This document shows positions 61,301 to 64,000 of a stretch of DNA of 64,000 bases, piece by piece. This stretch comes from Botryllus schlosseri. Taxonomy: Eukaryota. Under the pieces are notes generated by a model. The model made no database searches. It saw only the letters and a program-made list of their open reading frames with translations, and was not told the DNA's origin. The stretch is from the NCBI GenBank assembly GCA_051294905.1, contig CM119376.1, forward strand, positions 9,672,001-9,736,000, given 5' to 3'. The translations under genes and the position numbers were made by a program. Every line of letters begins with the position of its first letter. The stretch's first letter is position 1.

Positions 61301-64000
61301 AAATGACTCGGCTTGACTCGTGGTTTCAGAAATGAGGATTGACTCGTGACTCAAAGCAAAATTTACGAGTTAATTTCAAATCATCAATTAATCATCGACG
61401 ATAAAAATCGCTGTATTTTGCATATGTGTTCCCGATACGCTGGTGTGACCCGTGACAGCGACCAATTTCATTCATTCAATGATTTTGCATTTCACTGAAC
61501 CTCTGTTGTCCTATCACAAATATAAATTGACTGCAAAGTGATTGGAGCTTACAACGTAGGTTGTCATTAACTATAGTAGGAAAGCAATATAATAGCCAAG
61601 TATCTATCTCTGTTCTGTAAACTGGACATCGGTGCTCGGTGATACCATAAAGCAAAACTCTTGTATTAAATAAGTTGAATTTGAATATAGTTTCTAAGTT
61701 TATATTACTCGTCAACCATTGGCCGGCTTAAATTTTATCTCATGGATATGTAGTTTGGTAGTGCATTATATCAATTCGTTTCAACCATCTGAGCTTTCTT
61801 ATTCTATTCCCTATTTTGGCAGGAAATTATAGACGGTGGGTAAACAGTTACTTACGTAGTTAAGCGATTCTACGCATGCGTGAGCTATAGGCCTGTAACG
61901 CCTTATTGCATGTATATGAAACTCTATATTCCTTCCTCAATTGATGAAAAATGGTGACTCATTCTAGATTTAAAACAGAACTAGCAAGATGTAATTACTT
62001 AATCATGCTTTGTATTTCGCAAAGACAGCTTGACCTGAATTGTGAATTGACACTTGACTTGACTCAAGTGAAAATATGAAATGACTCGAGATAACTAGTG
62101 ACTCGAAGGTAGAGCTCGATCCAAACACCGCCGGTAGTAACTATTATAAGTTTAGGGGTACTTTTTGACTACTTTTTGACTTGTGTTTCTTCTTTGTATA
62201 GTTACCTTCTCCAATCTTCACTAGCTACAGGTGACGACTATTAGAGAACGACCTACTTTTCACACCCCACTTTTTTGGTGTATTCTAGCCATTCCTTCTT
62301 TACTCCCTTTCCATTTGAATACATTAACCTTGATTAAAAGAGCTTCATTTGTCAAGTTCGAGTTTACTTTAAAATGTGGCGATGAAACTTTTTTCAAGTT
62401 GGAAGCAGTTACAATGCCAAAAGAACTGAAGTAGAATATAACATTGCATTATCAATTTAGTTGCTCCAGTAATTTTGTGAATCAAATCATTTCATTTCGA
62501 TAATTCTTCATCTCGATAGCAAGCTTGATATTATGTAGAATGACATAAATGAGCGATCGCACATAAATAAATAAATGTCATACAGCCGTGTCTCACCTTC
62601 GGAACATTGAAATTCTGTCCCGGCCGCAGCGGGACAATATCTACCCGCAGAACAGTTATAACAAGCGGCATCTGTAACCATTCATATGTGAGAACAAGCG
62701 ATACAATGCTACAAAGGTTTCAAACCTCCTTCTGCACTGTACTGTCCGCCTTGGCATGCTGTTTTTGTATCATTTGTGCAGGAAAACCCGGCAGGGCAAT
62801 CCATGCACGATAATTGCCCGACTGCATCGGCATATTGATCTTAATTGAGAAAATATTGTCAAATTCTCAGTCATAAGTTTGTCACATTCATGCCGCTTAC
62901 TCAAAGGGCAAGGCTCCTGCTGATTGGCCTGGGACACGCAGTAATAACCTGCTGAGCAAATCGTGCAAGTAGCTTCACCCAAGGCAGAATAATATCCTGC
63001 ACGACACGGTATGGGTCCAACACTAGAAGCAAAGTATGTAGTTTGTGCAAAACTATGTTTTGGTATATTTTCAATATGGCATTATGGCATCAATTTTAGA
63101 TTATGGATCAATCACTGCAATTTAATTATTAGAATATTATTTGTTATTTACATATACGCTCCCTTTTTTTTCTACCTATGTCGTATACGCAAATAATCAT
63201 CCTAAATACTATAAGCAGCAGGAGTGATTGGTAATCTTAGTAATGTAAGTTAAGTTAAGCCAAAACAGTGGTTCTCAAACTTTTTTGACTCATCGCGTTC
63301 TTATCAAGCTTGACATGTCTTTATTGCCTTCCCAAAAGCAGCATGTCATTATTAGCAAAGTAACTCTACTCTTGACAAGTGCTCAAGTAGTTTTTATATA
63401 CCGGTACTCGTAGAACATAGGCTATTCAACTAGTTTTATTTGTATACTACTTCTACTATTTTGGTGCTAAAAAAGAAATTTTTACATACCCAACTCTGCC
63501 AAGTGAGGGAATGAGTCAGCAGATGAGCCTAGGCCCTGGTAGGTTATGCAGTTAAAATCTCTCGCCATGAAAACCAAATTTTGTAAGATATAGCCTAAAC
63601 TAGTTCAATCCTATTGTGATAGCATCAATGACCTATGATATAAAAAATTCAACTTCACTAGAAGCTCGGTTCATCTTTTCCGGCTCCGCAATTGCCCATG
63701 GCTTTTCCCACCTCCTGGACTGCCCTCTTATCGCATAAAATCAGCCCAAATTTCCTATATTAAAAACCACTGAGCTAAAACACCCACAGAGATAATGTAA
63801 AATGATGATGAATCTGACAGAAAGTTTCTAGTTCCTAAGCCAAGGCTAGAACGCATCTCAAGCAACAAGCCAACCTCACACTCAAAAATACCAGCCAGCA
63901 CTGATTCAATAACTTACTTTGGTTTCGTTTCATGCTCTTATAAAATATTTAACAATGGTATAAGTAGATGACTGCACCTGGAAGAAGGACACTCATGACC
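434..64000 (-). CDS. Giant multi-exon gene (64 exons in window, >=4,778 aa, both ends outside window) encoding a Cys-rich GCC2_GCC3/ephrin-receptor-like repeat protein, probably extracellular
   Basis: Manual splice tracing: all 63 internal junctions are GT-AG with compatible phases; exon lengths sum to 14,334 nt with no stop. Repeated CPxGxYC and CPxGTY...CxxC motifs, many N-x-S/T sequons. From memory the architecture resembles uncharacterised fish si:ch211-286b4.4-type and protist GCC2/GCC3 proteins; not confirmed by search. Confidence 0.9.
1949..2443 (-). CDS. exon 63
   Basis: TPSPVECPIGTIRS; donor GTAAGC. Confidence 0.9.
2896..3038 (-). CDS. exon 62
   Basis: YCDLPGLTDPSSYLC; phase 2/1. 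Confidence 0.89.
3492..4597 (-). CDS. exon 61 (1,106 nt)
   Basis: GFYCEQATPVPVACPAG...CLGCPAGR; frame is continuous across 4312-4330. Confidence 0.9.
4922..5437. repeat. 258-bp head-to-tail tandem duplication (4922-5179, 5180-5437)
   Basis: Both units start GATAGTGAGTAATAATTG and end AAGCAGGTTA; no difference seen by eye. Confidence 0.92.
5718..6100 (-). CDS. exon 60
   Basis: HYCPNGTTYDTQYSC; donor GTATGT. Confidence 0.9.
6506..6623 (-). CDS. exon 59
   Basis: PCDPGFYMDEYGASAC; donor GTGAGT. Confidence 0.86.
6908..7312. mobile_element. MITE-like element with AGGGCAAGTTTTT TIRs
   Basis: 13-bp perfect IR (6908-6920 / 7300-7312); internal GCAACTTTT repeats; no TSD found. Confidence 0.55.
7775..8061 (-). 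CDS. exon 58
   Basis: PNQQPCPQGTYSTATE; donor GTAAGT. Confidence 0.9.
9089..9334 (-). CDS. exon 57
   Basis: FYCPSGSSSATEVTC; phase 1/1. Confidence 0.89.
9797..9997 (+). mobile_element. Family A (Penelope-like pLTR) single direct copy
   Basis: Aligns to 29776-29985, including the 3' tail; carries the hammerhead core. Confidence 0.7.
9901..9946 (+). ncRNA. Minimal type-I hammerhead ribozyme motif (best copy; antisense to host gene)
   Basis: AATGA-TT-ACCC / CTGACGA / GTGTCAGTC / GAAA / ATAT / TC / GGGT-TCATT. Conserved core, stem I 4+5 bp with a 2-nt bulge, palindromic AATATT stem III, predicted cleavage after C9937. Confidence 0.7.
10317..10333. repeat. (CT)n microsatellite
   Basis: Direct reading. 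Confidence 0.8.
10356..10533 (-). CDS. exon 56
   Basis: IECDPGSYCPGGTGTP; phase 0/1. Confidence 0.87.
11042..11183 (-). CDS. exon 55
   Basis: SAFGLMNETECTQC; phase 2/0. Confidence 0.86.
11634..11691 (-). CDS. exon 54 (58 nt)
   Basis: FYCPEGTAEPMGCPIGTF; phase 1/2. Confidence 0.86.
12009..13133 (-). CDS. exon 53 (1,125 nt, largest)
   Basis: YFCTVGVNIRAPANG...EFRCPK; lies within 402-aa ORF; phase 1/1. Confidence 0.92.
13821..13961 (-). CDS. exon 52
   Basis: RDWKPCPAGTYSNVTG; phase 1/1. Confidence 0.88.
15426..15539 (-). CDS. exon 51
   Basis: QSSCELCPERFYCMP; donor GTGGGT. Confidence 0.85.
15600..15779 (-). CDS. exon 50
   Basis: GFYCPDFGQTSVDEPC; donor GTCAGT. Confidence 0.85.
16472..17798 (+). 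mobile_element. Decayed pogo/Fot1-like Tc1-mariner element
   Basis: TA|GGGGAGAGTGGG...CCCACTCTCCCC|TA; subterminal GGTATGGGCC repeats; internal transposase remnant. Confidence 0.82.
17103..17292 (+). pseudogene. pogo-type transposase N-terminal remnant (psq-like HTH plus CENP-B-like HTH start)
   Basis: KREACRQYKIGRATLSRYMEK, then after a frameshift TVFNEEEKSLLAQYVIICSNMYHGLT. Confidence 0.72.
18220..18375 (-). CDS. exon 49
   Basis: YYCPLGSTSETEVEC; phase 1/1. Confidence 0.89.
18888..19080 (-). mobile_element. Family C (GACTCGAGTC-rich dispersed repeat) terminal fragment
   Basis: CAGGTCTGTTACC terminus and GACTC/GAGTC arrays shared with other copies. Confidence 0.55.
19132..19293 (-). CDS. 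exon 48
   Basis: FYCESRTTSPTPCVTG; phase 1/1. Confidence 0.87.
20474..20598 (-). CDS. exon 47
   Basis: YCDTPGLPEPRGDCEPG; donor GTGAGT. Confidence 0.89.
20658..20851 (-). CDS. exon 46
   Basis: CPEGYYCNNFMAPVVV; donor GTTAGT. Confidence 0.87.
21317..21489 (-). CDS. exon 45
   Basis: LCDPGFYCDGTTKDIT; phase 1/0. Confidence 0.87.
21810..21974 (-). CDS. exon 44
   Basis: GICPEGHFCVRGTSSP; phase 1/1. Confidence 0.89.
22413..22815 (+). mobile_element. Family C dispersed repeat copy
   Basis: CAGGGTTTTAATGACTCGGGTC start; core GTATTTCGTCTATCAGTCCTGATAC shared with 32.5k, 35.0k, 42.8k and 51.5k copies. Confidence 0.75.
22961..22979. repeat. C19 homopolymer (G19 in pre-mRNA)
   Basis: Direct reading. 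Confidence 0.8.
23177..23277 (-). CDS. exon 43
   Basis: YYCDAPLLDNVTAEC; donor GTAATG (alternative GTTCAT 6 nt downstream is weaker). Confidence 0.82.
23338..23497 (-). CDS. exon 42
   Basis: GMYCPSNGTVQPTLPC; donor GTAGGT. Confidence 0.87.
24234..24398 (-). CDS. exon 41
   Basis: YFCEEGTSNFTKSFC; phase 1/1. Confidence 0.89.
24795..25135. mobile_element. Decayed family B foldback fragment
   Basis: Matches the centre and right arm of 49605-50223 (TTGGAATTGAGTTAAATTTGTTTTGCAT...ATTTCATGGGG). Confidence 0.6.
25354..25584 (-). CDS. exon 40
   Basis: DCDPGYYCVSGMDRPRP; donor GTAAGT. Confidence 0.9.
25941..27775. mobile_element. Non-autonomous hAT element, 1,835 bp
   Basis: 15-bp perfect TIR CAGTGGTTCTTAACC; 8-bp TSD ATATAAAT (25933-40 / 27776-83); three internal CAGATTTACC..GCTGAGTG modules. 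Confidence 0.9.
27057..27241. mobile_element. 185-bp MITE nested in the 25941-27775 hAT
   Basis: TIR CAATGTTCCCTCTA / TAGAGCGAACATTG (13/14); flanking 7-bp direct repeat TGAGGTG. Confidence 0.75.
27880..28117 (-). CDS. exon 39
   Basis: VDWDKAEFCPPCEEGFKC; phase 0/1. Confidence 0.88.
28230..28615 (-). CDS. exon 38
   Basis: QYCAEYNMTGTSGSCDAG; donor GTGAGT. Confidence 0.9.
28694..28803 (-). mobile_element. Family A fragment (tail plus degenerate hammerhead)
   Basis: Reverse complement of 29880-29985; GAAA mutated to GGAA and stem I disrupted. Confidence 0.65.
28844..29022 (-). CDS. exon 37
   Basis: YFCNSEATSATPSETSTTGEC; donor GTGAGT. Confidence 0.89.
29600..29633 (-). ncRNA. Hammerhead motif with broken stem-I closing pair (sense to host)
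   Basis: ACCC CTGACGA GTGTCAGCC GAAA ATAT TC CGGT: C-C mismatch next to the cleavage site. Confidence 0.5.
29893..29926 (+). ncRNA. Minimal hammerhead ribozyme motif (intact, antisense to host)
   Basis: ACCC CTGACGA GTGCCAGTC GAAA ATAT TC GGGT. Confidence 0.65.
30719..30887 (-). CDS. exon 36
   Basis: YYCPPGTAFRYENPC; phase 1/2. Confidence 0.88.
30947..31108 (-). CDS. exon 35
   Basis: YFCPSGSSQELPCGNG; phase 1/1. Confidence 0.86.
31693..31932 (-). CDS. exon 34
   Basis: GPCPPGRYCPKGSDFGEAC; donor GTAAG. Confidence 0.9.
32307..33028. mobile_element. Older hAT MITE containing a nested family C copy (~32520-32930)
   Basis: Ends CAGCGGTTATCAA / TTGAGAACCACTG; TSD ATTTAAAT vs AAATAAAT (6/8). 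Confidence 0.65.
33057..33341 (-). CDS. exon 33
   Basis: QYCTTGSSEPTGNCSAG; phase 1/1. Confidence 0.89.
34548..34710 (-). CDS. exon 32
   Basis: GFYCVANATAGEPCPAG; phase 0/1. Confidence 0.89.
35040..35402 (+). mobile_element. Family C dispersed repeat copy
   Basis: Shared core with other family C copies; ends TTGTAACCTG. Confidence 0.7.
35604..35829 (-). CDS. exon 31
   Basis: YFCDELGRTTETGECDPG; phase 2/0. Confidence 0.89.
36431..36653 (-). CDS. exon 30
   Basis: RIAAGFYSNGTAGSINPFSC; donor GTATGT. Confidence 0.87.
37127..37284. mobile_element. Short family A inverted element
   Basis: 32-bp perfect IR (37161-92 / 37249-80); tail on the left only; 11-bp flanking direct repeat ACTCAAATTTC. 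Confidence 0.75.
38059..39386. mobile_element. Non-autonomous hAT element, 1,328 bp
   Basis: 13-bp TIR CAGTGGTTCCCAA; 8-bp TSD ATGTAAAG (38051-58 / 39387-94). Confidence 0.9.
38416..39087. repeat. Foldback with ~300-bp imperfect inverted arms inside the hAT
   Basis: Arms 38416-38714 / 38788-39087, ~73-bp spacer. Confidence 0.85.
39483..39729 (-). CDS. exon 29
   Basis: CVNCEPGYFCVMNRSPELC; phase 0/1. Confidence 0.88.
40579..40704 (-). CDS. exon 28
   Basis: DLVTDGGSICPINSYC; donor GTAAGT. Confidence 0.89.
41439..41547 (-). CDS. exon 27
   Basis: PCSAGKYCNSTGLTT; phase 2/0. Confidence 0.87.
41900..42029 (-). CDS. exon 26
   Basis: VSTSEGERCYAGMYC; donor GTATGT. Confidence 0.84.
42091..42245 (-). 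CDS. exon 25
   Basis: TNQKDINGCEPCPRGQYC; phase 2/1. Confidence 0.88.
43068..43728. mobile_element. Family B foldback MITE
   Basis: ~313-bp inverted arms (to 43381 / from 43413), 31-bp spacer; right end GCCCTA, left end damaged. Confidence 0.88.
43789..43822 (+). ncRNA. Minimal hammerhead motif (stem II G-U variant; antisense to host)
   Basis: ACCC CTGACGA GTGTCAGCT GAAA ATAT TC GGGT. Confidence 0.5.
44154..44274 (-). CDS. exon 24
   Basis: SYCPSPYLNATFSYNKT; donor GTGAGT. Confidence 0.88.
44658..44807 (-). CDS. exon 23
   Basis: TYCPVGSFEQTECPLG; donor GTAAG. Confidence 0.9.
44865..45438 (-). CDS. exon 22
   Basis: IACPGGTYRDTPNAEVVEDC; phase 0/1. Confidence 0.89.
45850..45985 (-). CDS. 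exon 21
   Basis: YFCLERSWSTSGNCDPG; phase 2/0. Confidence 0.88.
46043..46273 (-). CDS. exon 20
   Basis: YYCDNNTTSYDDMINNKKC; phase 2/2. Confidence 0.89.
46951..47194 (-). CDS. exon 19
   Basis: HYCEKGTVNPVECPLG; donor GTAAGG. Confidence 0.9.
48059..48190 (-). pseudogene. hAT transposase remnant around the first catalytic Asp
   Basis: IRKCVEEELMAMKRSIGRFSITFDESTS, frameshift, then RNRRYMNLNAH. Confidence 0.65.
48447..48920. mobile_element. Innermost CAGGGG-ended MITE
   Basis: CAGGGGTAGCCAAC / GTTGCCCGCCCCTG; its left end also occurs inverted near 29150-29190. Confidence 0.55.
49605..50223. mobile_element. Family B foldback hAT MITE, 619 bp
   Basis: TAGGGCTGTTCAAAAA termini; ~290-bp near-perfect inverted arms; 8-bp TSD ATCTCCAC (49597-604 / 50224-31). 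Confidence 0.92.
51495..51880 (+). mobile_element. Family C copy (continuation of 47238-47263)
   Basis: Shared family C core. Confidence 0.72.
52229..52378 (-). CDS. exon 18
   Basis: GESGVTGFCPPGYYC; donor GTATGT. Confidence 0.89.
52440..52607 (-). CDS. exon 17
   Basis: PPVAANPYPCQPGHYC; acceptor CTTCGAG is weaker. Confidence 0.83.
53058..53196 (-). CDS. exon 16
   Basis: GHYCPLGTAYPSTYPC; phase 0/1. Confidence 0.88.
53299..53504 (-). CDS. exon 15
   Basis: ATECETCPVGHYC; phase 1/0. Confidence 0.88.
54123..54317 (-). CDS. exon 14
   Basis: GTYNDSTGVGSENDCTIC; donor GTAAG. Confidence 0.88.
54375..54630 (-). CDS. exon 13
   Basis: NGAEIPNPPDDVCEPGNWC; phase 0/1. Confidence 0.88.
54689..54829 (-). 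CDS. exon 12
   Basis: GNANCTACPAGSEC; phase 0/0. Confidence 0.88.
55295..55427 (-). CDS. exon 11
   Basis: TPCNPGSYSFGGQIAC; donor GTATGT. Confidence 0.89.
55491..55619 (-). CDS. exon 10
   Basis: FCPSTDDDTMFDCPDG; phase 2/2. Confidence 0.87.
55996..56753. mobile_element. hAT MITE, 758 bp
   Basis: TIR CAGACTTGGACA; 8-bp TSD TTGCTAAG (55988-95 / 56754-61); CTAATT subterminal arrays. Confidence 0.9.
56826..56997 (-). CDS. exon 9
   Basis: DPCPDGSYSQGGAVAC; donor GTAAG. Confidence 0.9.
57053..57159 (-). CDS. exon 8
   Basis: RSAVIPCPPGTYSEQ; phase 2/1. Confidence 0.87.
57215..57383 (-). CDS. exon 7
   Basis: FYSDMSGAISCTRCPPGYEC; phase 1/2. Confidence 0.88.
57699..57842 (-). CDS. exon 6
   Basis: TFIGCTLAVGSTTCQYGEY; phase 1/1. 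Confidence 0.88.
58116..59784 (+). mobile_element. Kolobok-like DNA transposon derivative, 1,669 bp
   Basis: TTAA|GGGGGCACTTCTCTTTA...TAAAGAGAAGTGCCCCC|TTAA (17-bp perfect TIR, purine termini, TTAA TSD). Confidence 0.82.
58798..59119 (+). pseudogene. Kolobok-type transposase C-terminal remnant
   Basis: CIGGF..TQNESF; AVKRAVAMSVLNWNIGCSVYLSVLESLNL; terminal YVPGGY*; frameshifts and stops present. Confidence 0.55.
60606..60749 (-). CDS. exon 5
   Basis: TYSTGRSVNCITCPAGYEC; donor GTAAG. Confidence 0.9.
62597..62671 (-). CDS. exon 4
   Basis: AACYNCSAGRYCPAAAG; donor GTGAG. Confidence 0.87.
62726..62839 (-). CDS. exon 3
   Basis: QYADAVGQLSCMDCPAGFSC; phase 1/1. Confidence 0.85.
62901..63022 (-). 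CDS. exon 2
   Basis: VGPIPCRAGYYSALGEATC; acceptor TTCTAG, donor GTAAG. Confidence 0.88.
63266..63772. mobile_element. hAT MITE, 507 bp
   Basis: CAGTGGTT / AACCACTG termini; TSD AGCCAAAA vs AGCTAAAA (7/8). Confidence 0.72.
63978..64000 (-). CDS. exon 1 (partial, runs off window)
   Basis: GHECPSS then phase-2 donor GTGCAG matching phase of exon 2. Confidence 0.7.

Overview
AT-rich eukaryotic (metazoan) genomic DNA. The 54-63 nt minimal introns and dense MITE content suggest a marine invertebrate such as a tunicate, but that is inference. The whole window lies inside one giant minus-strand gene. I traced 64 GT-AG exons by hand (exon 1 is cut by the right edge). All 63 junctions have compatible phases, giving 14,334 coding nt, or about 4,778 aa, with no start or stop codon in the window. 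The product is almost entirely Cys-rich C-x-x-G-x-Y-C repeats of the GCC2_GCC3/ephrin-receptor-like type. A short-unit N-terminal block is followed by a long-unit block with an apparent 620-750 aa higher-order repeat. The introns hold many non-autonomous DNA transposons: hAT elements with perfect 8-bp TSDs, a pogo-like element, a Kolobok-like element, ~300-bp-arm foldbacks and multi-level nested insertions, plus a 258-bp tandem duplication. The most unusual signal is a dispersed hairpin family ('family A'). It has variable 11-13 bp TSDs, an asymmetric ~30-nt tail and a minimal type-I hammerhead ribozyme core with a palindromic stem III, which fits non-autonomous Penelope-like retroelements. 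Intact cores occur only antisense to the host gene, and every sense-strand copy is damaged.
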